64,000 nt of DNA from Tepidisphaera sp. (GTDB lineage: Bacteria > Planctomycetota > Phycisphaerae > Phycisphaerales > UBA1924), in the NCBI GenBank assembly GCA_050916045.1, contig CP051526.1, positions 1,952,001 through 2,016,000 of the forward strand. Direction: 5' to 3'. The position numbers and the translations under genes were made by a program. Position 1 is the first letter of the stretch. Every line of letters begins with the position of its first letter. The notes beneath the pieces are model-generated. The model ran no database searches. It was not told where the DNA came from and worked only from the letters and a program-made list of their open reading frames with translations. This document shows, one piece after another, positions 49,081-58,584 of this stretch.

Positions 49081-50769
49081 GTGCGCCCCATTCGTTCGCC
49101 ATTGTTTTGGCTTCCCGCCCTCATTGCCGGAATCGCGCCCTGTGCACACGCCCAGCCCGAAGCCATCGACGTCGGGGCCTTCGCCGCCCCCGCCTCCCCC
49201 TTCTCCACCCGCGAGTACGTCGAAATCCCCTTTGACACCTTCGACTTCGGCTTTGACGGTCAGGCCGAGACCCTGACCGTCAAGTGGCTCCGCTTCGAGC
49301 TCACCGAGCCCATCTCCGGCGACCTCTTCCTCGACATCGATAGCCGCATCTACTCGCTGGAAACCGCCGGCGATCTCTTCATGGCCCTCTACGACGCACA
49401 GGGCAACCTCATCGCCACCGACGACACCGACGGCAGCTTTCCCGTGGGCTTCGCCGCCGGCCTCTCCTTCGGCTCTTCGGCCTTCCGCTCACCCCCCGAC
49501 ACCCCCGCCCTCGCAGGCCAGGACGGTGCCGAGCTCCCCGCCGGCACCTACTACTTCGCCCTCGTCGCCGGCAACGCGTCGAACGTCACGGCCGAGAACA
49601 CCAACTGGAACATCTCGACGACCGCTTCGGTTCCCCTGGGCCTCTTCGCTCCGGGCACCTTCTACCTCGAGCTCTCCTTCGCCGTCGGCAACACGACGCC
49701 GCTCCCTCCGCCCGCCAACGACAACTGTACCGACGCGCTCGCCATCGGCGAAAGCGCCGCTCCGGGCGAGCCCGTGTGGACCGGCTCCAACGCCGGCGCG
49801 ACTGCCGACGGTGATTTCCCCTGCTACACCCGAGACGGCGGCCCCGCGCTGCGTCCCAAGGACCTCTGGTTCCTCTACACCCCCTCCGCTTCCGGTCTCG
49901 CCGAGGTTGTCGCCACCGGAGGCGCGGGCGGCGCAGCCACGCCCATCCTCGATCGCTACGCGGGCGTCTGCGGATCCGGCAGCATCCAGTGCGTGGGCGG
50001 CGCCAGCATCGTCTTCGGCGAGGGCACCCGCATGGCCTTCCCCGTCACCGCGGGCGAGCCCGTCCTGATCGCCCTGGGCATCCGCGCCGGCCAGACCGGC
50101 CCCATGGAGCTCTTCGTCAACCTCATCGACCAACCCTGCGACTTCACCGCGCCCGCCAACGCCGTCCCCGAGTCCGAAGCCTTCTGCGGCGACTCCTCGA
50201 ACGACGGCTGCAACGTCACCCCCTTCGCGTTCGACCAGCTCGAGGTCGGCCGCCCGGTCGTCGGCACCCTCTTCAACTCCACCACCCTGCGCGACGTCGA
50301 TTTCTTCGAGTTCACGCTCGCCCAGCCCGCCACCGTCACGCTCACCTTCTCCGCCCAGTACTTCTCTGTCGCCACCATCATCGGCGAAGAGTTCTCCCCG
50401 GGCTCCTGCTTCGGCGATGCCGCTCTTTTCCTTGAACAGCTCGACGCCGCCAGCCTCTGCGAGCCGGTTTCCGGCTCCGTCGAGCTCGACGCCGGCACGC
50501 ACCGCCTCGCCATCGCCCACGCCTACTTCGACGGCCTCGAGTGCGGCTCGGGCTTTGAAAACTACTGGCTCCGCATCGACGCCCAGAGCGCCTGCCCCGC
50601 CGACTTCAACGGCGACGCCTTCATCGACTTCTTCGACTACACCGACTTCGTCGGCTGCTTCGAGGGCGATCTCTGCCCGGGCGGCCGCACCGCCGACTTC
50701 AACGGCGACGACTTCGTCGACTTCTTCGACTACTCCAACTTCGTCCAGGCTTTCGAAGCCGGCTGCTGA
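49081..50769 (+). CDS. Large secreted protein with PPC-like domains and GC-type dockerin C-terminus
   Basis: RBS AAGGAG, signal peptide, LYDAQGNLIATDD, PANDNC; ends DFFDYSNFVQAFEAGC. Confidence 0.85.
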   Translation: MRPIRSPLFWLPALIAGIAPCAHAQPEAIDVGAFAAPASPFSTREYVEIPFDTFDFGFDGQAETLTVKWLRFELTEPISGDLFLDIDSRIYSLETAGDLFMALYDAQGNLIATDDTDGSFPVGFAAGLSFGSSAFRSPPDTPALAGQDGAELPAGTYYFALVAGNASNVTAENTNWNISTTASVPLGLFAPGTFYLELSFAVGNTTPLPPPANDNCTDALAIGESAAPGEPVWTGSNAGATADGDFPCYTRDGGPALRPKDLWFLYTPSASGLAEVVATGGAGGAATPILDRYAGVCGSGSIQCVGGASIVFGEGTRMAFPVTAGEPVLIALGIRAGQTGPMELFVNLIDQPCDFTAPANAVPESEAFCGDSSNDGCNVTPFAFDQLEVGRPVVGTLFNSTTLRDVDFFEFTLAQPATVTLTFSAQYFSVATIIGEEFSPGSCFGDAALFLEQLDAASLCEPVSGSVELDAGTHRLAIAHAYFDGLECGSGFENYWLRIDAQSACPADFNGDAFIDFFDYTDFVGCFEGDLCPGGRTADFNGDDFVDFFDYSNFVQAFEAGC

Positions 50770-50800
50770 TCCAAGGCAACACGAAGTTTGACCCGAACCT

Positions 50801-50842
50801 CATCGGCGACTCGGCGAAAGCCCGGTCGCCGGTGTTCTTTTT
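50801..50842 (+). terminator. Rho-independent terminator
   Basis: catcggcgac...gtcgccggtg stem followed by ttcttttt, between convergent genes. Confidence 0.65.
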
Positions 50843-50856
50843 GACTCCCCGCTCCG

Positions 50857-51765
50857 CTACCGCTTCAGCCCCATCACAAAGCACAAGAACATGTGCGCCG
50901 CCACCCGCGCCGTCCGCCCGCCCTCATCATGCCTCGGGCAAAGCTCCATGATGTCAAAGCACACCGGCTCCCCCGACGCCGCAAGCTGCGTCAGCGTCCC
51001 AGACACCTGCCCCGTCCCAAGCCCCGACGGATTCATCGCCGAAACCCCCGGCGCAAACGACTGATCAAAAACATCCAGATCCAAGCTCACAAACGCCGCA
51101 TCCACCTTCGCCGGCGGCCCACCACCAAGCGGCTTCCCATTGATCGCCCCGCCCTTGCTCGCGAAATACTCAAGGTGCTCCCTGCTGTTCACAAACGACG
51201 ACGCACCCACGCAGTTCAAGGACGCAAGCTTGCAATCCTCGATCAGCCTCCGAAAGGGCATCCCGCTCCCCACCTCTTCACGCACATCCAGGTGCGCATC
51301 AAAGTACACCCCGCCGAACGCCGCCTGCGGCCTCTTCTTCCGCACATGCACCACCGCCGCCCGCACAAACGGATACGTCAGATCATGCCCGCCCCCCACC
51401 GCGATCGGAAAGAGCCCCGCTTCATGCAGCGAGAGAGCCGCTTCCGTCACCCGCCGATGCGTCTCTTCCAGCGCCCTGGCATCATCCCCCTCCGCCGGCA
51501 CCACATCCCCCGCATCAAACACCGCGGGCCACGCGAAGCCCGCTGGCTCCGCCGTCCCGTACTTCGCAAGCGCCGCTCGAAAAGCCGTCGGCCCCTCGCT
51601 CGCCCCCGGCCGCCCGCCATTCATCCGCACCCCAAGATCGTCCGGCAACCCGATCAGCCCCACGCGACACCCCTCATGCGAATCCCGCCTGATCCGCGAA
51701 GCCATCCGCCCCGCGGAAATCCCCTCTGGCCAAACCCCAGGACGAACATGCGGAATTGCAGCCAT
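50857..51765 (-). CDS. hutG: Formimidoylglutamase (arginase family)
   Basis: GVRMNGGRPGASEGP, GGGHD, DAHLD, SG.PF, SLDLD, APGVSA and DIMELCP motifs. Confidence 0.85.
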   Translation of the reverse strand: MAAIPHVRPGVWPEGISAGRMASRIRRDSHEGCRVGLIGLPDDLGVRMNGGRPGASEGPTAFRAALAKYGTAEPAGFAWPAVFDAGDVVPAEGDDARALEETHRRVTEAALSLHEAGLFPIAVGGGHDLTYPFVRAAVVHVRKKRPQAAFGGVYFDAHLDVREEVGSGMPFRRLIEDCKLASLNCVGASSFVNSREHLEYFASKGGAINGKPLGGGPPAKVDAAFVSLDLDVFDQSFAPGVSAMNPSGLGTGQVSGTLTQLAASGEPVCFDIMELCPRHDEGGRTARVAAHMFLCFVMGLKR

Positions 51766-51798
51766 ACTCACATCTCCAATTTCAAATTTCAGATGGTC

Positions 51799-52980
51799 TC
51801 ATCTTCCCCGCCCCTTCGGATCCAGCCGCTCCCTCATCGCCTCCCCCACAAAGTTCAGCGACACCAGCGTCACACCAAGCATCACGCACGGGAAAACCAA
51901 AAGCCACCAGTTCGACCGGTACGGATTCAGCTCCGGCAACGCATCCGCCGCCAGCGTCCCCCAACTCGGAAGCGGCGGCTTTACACCCATCCCCAGAAAG
52001 CTCAGGAACGACTCCTGCAAGATCGCCTGCGGCACCATCAGCGTCGCATACACCACGATCGGCCCCACCAGATTCGGCAACAGATGCCGCACGAAAATCC
52101 GCGTCGGCGAAGCTCCCACCGCCCGCGCCGCATCCACAAACGGCCGCGCCTTCAGCGAAATCACCTGCCCACGAATCACCCGCGCCATCGTCAGCCAGCT
52201 CACCCCGCCGATCGCCGCGAACAAAAGCGTCAGATCAATCGCCGTCCGCGGCACCGGAAGCACCCGCGGCGGATGCTCCTCCGCCGCTCGCTTCTCCAGC
52301 GCCAACATCGCCTGCCGATCGCCCGCCGTCACCCCCGCAGTTTCCGCCTGCCGCTCCACCCACGCCCGCCGCTCCCCGTTCCGATTCACGTAGTTGTCCA
52401 CCGCCGCATCACTCGCCACCGCAAGCAGCACCACAAGCAGCACCGTCGGCAGCCCGTACATCACATCCACCACCCGCATCATCACCGAATCCACCCGACC
52501 GCCCACATACCCCGCCATCGCCCCATACGTCACCCCGATCACCACCGCCACCGCCGACGCTCCCAACCCCACCAAAAGCGAAATCGCCCCGCCCACAAGC
52601 AGCCGCCACGCCAGACTCCGCCCCAGCACATCCGACCCAAGCACAAAACTCGGCCACGCCGCCCGAAGCTCCGCCCGCACCCCCGGGTCCTCCGTCGTCT
52701 CAATCGCACCCGCAGCAATCCCGTGCTTCCGCGCAATCTCCTCCCGCACCTCCGCCGCCACCGCCCGGTCCCGCTGCCGCGCCGTCACCTCATCCACATC
52801 GCCGCCCCAATACCACGCCGGCGCCATCCGCGCCGCCCCCGTCTCCCCGCTCGCATAACGCCCGCCCCCGCCGCCTCCAACACCCCACGGCAACGACCCC
52901 ACACATACCACCACAATCAGCGCAAGCAGCATCCCCGCCACCCACCCACGCCCAAACCACGCTCGCCATCCAGTCTTCAC
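51799..52980 (-). CDS. Oligopeptide/dipeptide ABC transporter permease (OppC/DppC-like)
   Basis: LGSDVLGR, MMRVVD, ARVIRGQ, EAA loop FVDAARAVGA, HLLPN and ESFLSFLG motifs. Start uncertain (ORF extends to 53103). Confidence 0.88.
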   Translation of the reverse strand: MKTGWRAWFGRGWVAGMLLALIVVVCVGSLPWGVGGGGGGRYASGETGAARMAPAWYWGGDVDEVTARQRDRAVAAEVREEIARKHGIAAGAIETTEDPGVRAELRAAWPSFVLGSDVLGRSLAWRLLVGGAISLLVGLGASAVAVVIGVTYGAMAGYVGGRVDSVMMRVVDVMYGLPTVLLVVLLAVASDAAVDNYVNRNGERRAWVERQAETAGVTAGDRQAMLALEKRAAEEHPPRVLPVPRTAIDLTLLFAAIGGVSWLTMARVIRGQVISLKARPFVDAARAVGASPTRIFVRHLLPNLVGPIVVYATLMVPQAILQESFLSFLGMGVKPPLPSWGTLAADALPELNPYRSNWWLLVFPCVMLGVTLVSLNFVGEAMRERLDPKGRGR

Positions 52981-53257
52981 GCGCCCGGAGGTTAGCACAA
53001 CCCACGCCCCCGCAACGCCTGCAACGGTCTTCCTCCTCCACGAGCCCGCAACGCAAGCAAGGGATAACCCGACAGACTCCCCACACCCCAACAACGCCAG
53101 CAAGGGTCTCCGCCTAAATCGCGATCACATTGGTGTGCGCCACGGACGCGAAGGATGCCGTTTGTGCGCATCGTCCTCAGCACCAACACGGCCACCGAAT
53201 TTCGTGAGCGCCCGCCGCCCCGATCGCCGAAAAGCTCTCCCCACCCCGGAGCACCCC

Positions 53258-54118
53258 ATGCCGCGCGCGTTCCTCTCTCTCCTTCTCCTCCCCTTCACCC
53301 TCCTCTCCGCCTGCTCGACCGTCCACCGAACGCCCGACCCGCGAAGCCAGGTCCCATTCATCGAAGCCACCACCCGCGCCTTCGCATCCCCCGACCGCGC
53401 CTGCTTCGTCCTCTTCGACGCCCGCTCCGGCGAAACCCGCGTCATGAACCCCGCCCAAGCAGACCGCCGCTTTCCCCCCGCCTCCACCTTCAAAATCCCC
53501 AACTCACTCATCGGCTTGGACACCGGCGTCATCGAGGGCCCCGACCACATCATCAAGTGGGACGGCACCATCCACGAACGCCAAGCCAGCAACCACAACC
53601 ACTCCCTCCTCTCCGCTTTCCACTACTCCATCGTCTGGTACTACCAAGAGCTCGCCCGCCGCGTCGGCGAACAACGCATGAGCACCGCCCTCCGCAACTT
53701 CGACTACGGCAACGCCGACATCTCTTCCGGCCTCACCACCTTCTGGCTCCGCGGCTCCCTCCGCATCTCCGCCAACGAACAGATCGCCTTCCTCCGCAAA
53801 CTCCAAGCCGGCACGCTCCCCGCTTCCCCGCGAGCCATCGCCCTCACCAAAGACATCCTCATCCTCGCCCAAACTCCCACCTGGACTCTCCGCGGTAAAA
53901 CCGGCACCTATAGCGGCCCCGTCGACGGCACCCACGCCGATCTCGGCTGGTTCGTCGGCTGGCTCGAGAAGGACGGCCGCACCCTCTTCTTCGCCGCCAA
54001 CGACGCCACCGGCCTCACCGGCCCCGACGTCCGCGAAAGGGTCCAGCAGATCTTGACCGACCTCGGCGAACTGCCCGCCAATTGGTCCGACCACGCTCGC
54101 CAGGTCCCCATGCCCTGA
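53258..54118 (+). CDS. Class D (OXA-like) beta-lactamase family lipoprotein
   Basis: LSAC lipobox; PASTFK, SIV, YGN, FWL and KTG motifs. Confidence 0.88.
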   Translation: MPRAFLSLLLLPFTLLSACSTVHRTPDPRSQVPFIEATTRAFASPDRACFVLFDARSGETRVMNPAQADRRFPPASTFKIPNSLIGLDTGVIEGPDHIIKWDGTIHERQASNHNHSLLSAFHYSIVWYYQELARRVGEQRMSTALRNFDYGNADISSGLTTFWLRGSLRISANEQIAFLRKLQAGTLPASPRAIALTKDILILAQTPTWTLRGKTGTYSGPVDGTHADLGWFVGWLEKDGRTLFFAANDATGLTGPDVRERVQQILTDLGELPANWSDHARQVPMP

Positions 54119-54717
54119 CGCGCTCCGCACGTCCCAATACCTCGTCTTCATCGTAAAACAATGATTTTCTCGACGAAAACGCTTGATCACCGCGAGCCCC
54201 CGCGTATCATTCTCCCGAAGTGGTCCGCGTCCGACTCTCGCGACGCACCGGAGACGCTCCCCGTGAAACGCTGTTGTTGTTGATCCCCTCGTTCGCTCCG
54301 CCCGGTCACTCGTGACGGGATTGCGATGTACGAGGGGTGCTTCCGCGCGCACGTTTCTGTAGCCTGTTTCCCTCGCGCGGCTGTCACCCCACTTCCCAGC
54401 ATCCCGCTCCGAACCTCGGCCCAAAGCCCGCTCAAATCGCGCCGAAAGCCCGCGGAGTCCGCCGTTCAATCCGTGTTCCCAGCCTCGTTGGCGTCCACGC
54501 GCCAGCGCTCCTCCGCGCCCGCGTCACGCCGGCACGGATTGCCATTCCAAACGCTCATCGTTCAGTTCGCCTTCGCTTCCGCGAAGCGGCCCGCGGCTCC
54601 GCCGCGACGGGTTTGCCGCGCTCCCGCGAGTCTCCCTCGTGGCCGCGGCACCTCACCCCGCTCTCGCAAGCTGTCTCACACACGCTCCACACCGGAGCAG
54701 AAAGTTCCAGAATTCCA

Positions 54718-55632
54718 ATGCGTACCAACCATCTGATCAACGCCTCCATCCTCGCCTCTCTCGCACTCGCTTCCGGTGCCGCCGCGAGCATCACCATCGG
54801 TGCCTCCGCCGTCCGCTTCGTCGACATCTCGACGACCGGCACCTCCATCGGAACACTCACCGACGACTCCGAGACCACCGTCGCCGCCGCCGCCCACGGC
54901 TGGATCGGCAACGGCCTCTTCAGCGGCGGCCGCTCCTTCCGCGTCGGCAACAACGGAGGCATCCTCTGGGGTTCCTCCGCCACCGACACCTTCACCGGCG
55001 CCGACCAGATCGGCTACTACAACGCCGGCCCCCTCAACTCCGACGGCCAGACTTCCATCGCGTCCCTCTCCGCTTCCAACTCCGCGCAAGCCGGCAACGG
55101 CGCGGGCCTCCGTCAGTTCATCGCCGTCCTCTGGGACGACTACTTCCCCTCCGCCGCCGGCGGTACCAACATCCGCTATCAGGTCATCAACAACGATCTC
55201 ATCGTCCAGTGGACCAACCAGGACCACTTCGCCGCCCAAGGCGCCGGCTTCGTCACCTTCCAAGCCATCTTCCGCGGCGGCGTCGCCCTCGACAGCGGAC
55301 AGTCCCTCGTCGACTTTGTCTACCAGGACACCCTCTACCAAACCAATCAGTACCAGAACGATGGCGGCAGCGCCACCATCGGCTACAAGAACTGGAACCT
55401 CCTCGCCGGAGCCAACGATGTCGAGTACGGCATCGGCGGCGGCGGAAACTCCGCCTTCGGTGACCCCACCTTCGCCGACGGCACCGGCCGTCAAGCCAAG
55501 GTAAGCGGCTGGGCTCAGGGCGGCGACTCCTCACTCACCCACTCCGTCTCCATCATCGGCGTTCCCACCCCGGGCACCGCCGCCCTCCTCACCCTCGGCG
55601 GCCTCGTCGCCTACCGCCGCCGACGCAAGTAA
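54718..55632 (+). CDS. Secreted PEP-CTERM-like (VPTPG) protein
   Basis: Signal peptide; FVDISTTGT, IAVLWDD, IVQW, TFQ and GGSATIG resemble a nidogen-like domain; C-terminus VPTPG-TM-RRRRK. Confidence 0.85.
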   Translation: MRTNHLINASILASLALASGAAASITIGASAVRFVDISTTGTSIGTLTDDSETTVAAAAHGWIGNGLFSGGRSFRVGNNGGILWGSSATDTFTGADQIGYYNAGPLNSDGQTSIASLSASNSAQAGNGAGLRQFIAVLWDDYFPSAAGGTNIRYQVINNDLIVQWTNQDHFAAQGAGFVTFQAIFRGGVALDSGQSLVDFVYQDTLYQTNQYQNDGGSATIGYKNWNLLAGANDVEYGIGGGGNSAFGDPTFADGTGRQAKVSGWAQGGDSSLTHSVSIIGVPTPGTAALLTLGGLVAYRRRRK

Positions 55633-55699
55633 TCCCAAGCCCCTCAACGCCAACCGGTAAACGCAAATCGGTCTGTACGCTCGCACCACACTCCACTTC

Positions 55700-55736
55700 A
55701 CGAACGAACCGGGCGCGTGCCCGGTCGTTCGTTTTT
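55700..55736 (+). terminator. Rho-independent terminator
   Basis: acgaacgaaccgggc / gcccggtcgttcgt stem followed by a T-tract. Confidence 0.75.
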
Positions 55737-56005
55737 CCCCTCCCTCTCCCCGTGCCGTTCCCCGCCCAGCCACGTTGGAATGCGTCTCACGCGCATCGTG
55801 ACCTCGCGTCGCGATGACCCGTCACATTCTCCGTCGCATGCGGCGGCTCACTATTGTGCCACATAATTTTCCGTGCAATGGTGATATTTATGTAGTACAT
55901 TTTGAGACCTGTGGCTAACTTGCCTCAATCATCAGCGACTGTGCCGGCGCCGCGATGTGCGACAAGGCCCGCCAGCCCCTGACATAGAGAGAGAAGGACC
56001 ACAAT

Positions 56006-56752
56006 ATGAGATTCGGAAACTTGGCCGTCGCGGCGTTTATCGCCGCGGGATGCTCCACGCCCGCATGGGGCGACATTCTGGGCACCGCCCAGAACTTCGC
56101 CGTGCTCGCCGGCTCCACCGTCACCAACACCGGCGCCAGCGTCGTCAATGGCGATCTCGGCGTCTGGTCCGGCTTCGCCATCACCGGCTTCGGCCCCGGC
56201 GTCGTCAACGGCACGATCCACGCCGGCGACGCCGTCGCCCAGCAAGCCCAGGACGACGTCACCACCGCGTACAACATGCTCGCCGCCTTCGCCCCAACCC
56301 AGGACCTCACCGGCATGGACCTCGCCGGAATGACCCTCACGCCCGGCGTCTACTTCTTCTCCTCGTCAGCCTTCCTCACCGGCACCCTCACCCTCGACGC
56401 CCTGGGTGATCCCAACGCCCTCTTCATCTTCCAGATGGGAAGCACCCTCACCACCTCCAGCGGTTCCTCCGTCCGCACCATCAACAGCGCCGACGCGTGC
56501 GAGGTCTACTGGCAGGTCGGAAGCTCCGCGACGCTCGGCACCAACACCGCCTTCCAAGGCAACATCCTCGCCCTCGCAAGCATCACCCTCAACACCGGCG
56601 CGACCCTCCTCGAAGGCCGAGCCCTCGCTCGCAACGGCGCCGTCACCATGGACTCCAACACCATCACCGCCGGCTGCATCCCCGCTCCCGGACCCACCTT
56701 CCTCCTCGCCGCCGCGCCTATCGGCCTCCTCGCCCGACGCCGAACCCGCTAG
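56006..56752 (+). CDS. Ice-binding-like protein (DUF3494) with PEP-CTERM-like tail
   Basis: FAVLAGSTVTNTG, LTPGVY, LTLDA.GDPNA.FIFQ, WQVGSSATLG, GNILA and GRALARNGAVT motifs; C-terminus IPAPG-TM-RRR. Confidence 0.92.
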   Translation: MRFGNLAVAAFIAAGCSTPAWGDILGTAQNFAVLAGSTVTNTGASVVNGDLGVWSGFAITGFGPGVVNGTIHAGDAVAQQAQDDVTTAYNMLAAFAPTQDLTGMDLAGMTLTPGVYFFSSSAFLTGTLTLDALGDPNALFIFQMGSTLTTSSGSSVRTINSADACEVYWQVGSSATLGTNTAFQGNILALASITLNTGATLLEGRALARNGAVTMDSNTITAGCIPAPGPTFLLAAAPIGLLARRRTR

Positions 56753-56781
56753 CCCAACCCTCGCTCCTCAGACGCGCCCTA

Positions 56782-56972
56782 CCTCCCTCTCCCCGTGCCG
56801 CTTCGGCACGGGGAGAGGTGCCCGATGGGCGGTGAGGGGGTCTTCCATGGACCCCAAACCCTCGAAGTCCCCCCGCACGCCCCGCCCCAACGGGGCGCAA
56901 CAAGAAAGCCCAGACCGTCAGGCCTGGGCCCAAGGCCCCACACACCACCCAAGCCCCAACGGGGCGACACGC
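56782..56972. repeat. Composite palindromic repeat, copy A
   Basis: Hairpin cctctccccgtgccg-ctt-cggcacggggagagg, then tgcccg..gggcggtgagggg.tctt..atggac, then two gccccaacggggcg units. Confidence 0.8.
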
Positions 56973-56993
56973 GCCGGCAACTATCATTTGGTC

Positions 56994-58583
56994 ATGCCGA
57001 TCTCTCCCCTCTGGATTCCGCCCCCAGATTCCACAATCCACATCAGCTACGAAGCCACCATCGACTCCGGCGATTGGAAAGCCCGCGGCACCCTCGCAAA
57101 ACAGTTCGCACGCGACCTCCGTCTCCCCGTCTGTGACAGCATCCACCACCTCGTCACCAAACTCACCGACCCCGACATCCTCGTGCTCCTCGAAGCCCTC
57201 GAAAAGCAAAAAGCCGCCGGCGGTCCCGTCCTCCGCCGCGACCGCTTGCCCGGCATCGTGATCACGCACCTCTCGGTTTCGGACCCCCCGATCAAACAAA
57301 AACCTCTGCACTCCGCCGACTGGTTCACCTTCCACCCCCACCGCGAACTCAAAGCACCAAGCCGCGCCCCCGACAAACTCCACCTCGCCTACCTCGACGA
57401 TGACGACACGCGAGCCATGCGGTACATCGCTTCTCCCGAGTTCATCGCATCCACCATCGCCGCCGGCCTCACCGGACTCGCATTTATCCCAATCGAACTC
57501 AGCCGCCCCGGCGAACCCCGCCCCTGGCGACAGTTCTTCGCAACCAACCCCCTCGGGCGCGGCCTCGACCACCCCCTCGTCGACCACGCTCGCGTGATGG
57601 ACAAACTCACGCGCCAAGGCGCCAAACCCAAAGCCGCTTCCCTCCGCCTCGGCCTCCCCTCCGCCGACCCGTTCGAGCTCCGCTCCGTGGACGCCATCGA
57701 CCACCCCATCCTCCGCCGCTACCACGAACTCCAGAATGGCCGCACCTTCGGCGTCTCCCGCGAACCCCGCTTCATCCGCGAACACCTCCCCGACACCGAC
57801 TTCGCCTACGACATCTCACCCCGCATCCAAGACGACAAGCCATCCCCCTTCGGCCGCCACCACGGCCTTGCATGCTCCTCCCGCGCCCGCGAGCACCTCA
57901 TCCGCGCCGGCTTCCTCAAGCCCGCCGACTTCACCCCCATCCTCACCGTCCCCGCCGTCGAAGCCGACGCCATCGACCTCGACGTCGAGATCACTCTCCC
58001 CCTCCCAAGCCCCGCTTTCACCCCAACCGAAGCCGCCGCCGAATCCGCCCGCCGCCAAGCCATCATCGACGCGAAAAAGCCCGCGACCACCACAGCCAAG
58101 CCTCCCTCCGTCGACGAAACCATCGCCACCCTCGAAGCCCGCCTCGCCAAACCCGACCGCCCGTGGACGCCCGCCCGTGACGATCCCGAGTTCGCCAAGG
58201 TCACAACCTCCGAACTCTGGCCCCGCACTCCGCTCGCGTGGCGCAAGCTCGCCCCGCTCCTTCCCCTGCGCATCCCCATGCCCGGGCACCCGGAGTTCTC
58301 CCGCTGGGAGATCGTCCCGCCGCACTGGAACGAGTACACGTACCAAGACGAAAGCACGAGCGGCCGCCCCGACCCTGACATCGCCTCGACCAAAGACCTC
58401 ATCCTCGCCCTCAACGCCTTCGGCGACTTCTACGCCTTCCGCCCCGGCAAACGCGCGACAACCGACGCCGTGATCACCCTCTGGGACCACGAAACCACCG
58501 GCATCGAAGACCAATGGCTCTCCATCCCCGCCCTCCTCGAACACATCGAGTCCCTCCTCCCCGCTCCCCCCAACAACGCCTAA
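56994..58583 (+). CDS. Hypothetical protein with C-terminal SMI1/KNR4-like domain
   Basis: Long ORF with coding-like codon use; C-terminal LILALNAFGDFYAF...ITLWDHET...SIPALLE pattern. Confidence 0.65.
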   Translation: MPISPLWIPPPDSTIHISYEATIDSGDWKARGTLAKQFARDLRLPVCDSIHHLVTKLTDPDILVLLEALEKQKAAGGPVLRRDRLPGIVITHLSVSDPPIKQKPLHSADWFTFHPHRELKAPSRAPDKLHLAYLDDDDTRAMRYIASPEFIASTIAAGLTGLAFIPIELSRPGEPRPWRQFFATNPLGRGLDHPLVDHARVMDKLTRQGAKPKAASLRLGLPSADPFELRSVDAIDHPILRRYHELQNGRTFGVSREPRFIREHLPDTDFAYDISPRIQDDKPSPFGRHHGLACSSRAREHLIRAGFLKPADFTPILTVPAVEADAIDLDVEITLPLPSPAFTPTEAAAESARRQAIIDAKKPATTTAKPPSVDETIATLEARLAKPDRPWTPARDDPEFAKVTTSELWPRTPLAWRKLAPLLPLRIPMPGHPEFSRWEIVPPHWNEYTYQDESTSGRPDPDIASTKDLILALNAFGDFYAFRPGKRATTDAVITLWDHETTGIEDQWLSIPALLEHIESLLPAPPNNA

Positions 58584-58584
58584 T

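Noticed and set aside
50893..53117. 700-aa and 453-aa Arg/Pro/His-rich + strand ORFs
   Set aside because: Shadows of hutG and oppC on an extremely C-rich strand that lacks stop codons.
54585..54620. c-di-GMP-I riboswitch-like GGCAAACCCGTCGCG on the minus strand
   Set aside because: It lacks the following GCAAAG and P3 elements and points away from the adjacent gene start.
55856..55899. Second dif-like site (gtgccacataa ... ttatgtagtac)
   Set aside because: The arm-like sequences are about 21 nt apart rather than 6, so this is not a dif/pdif layout and gives no evidence of an element integrated between two dif sites.
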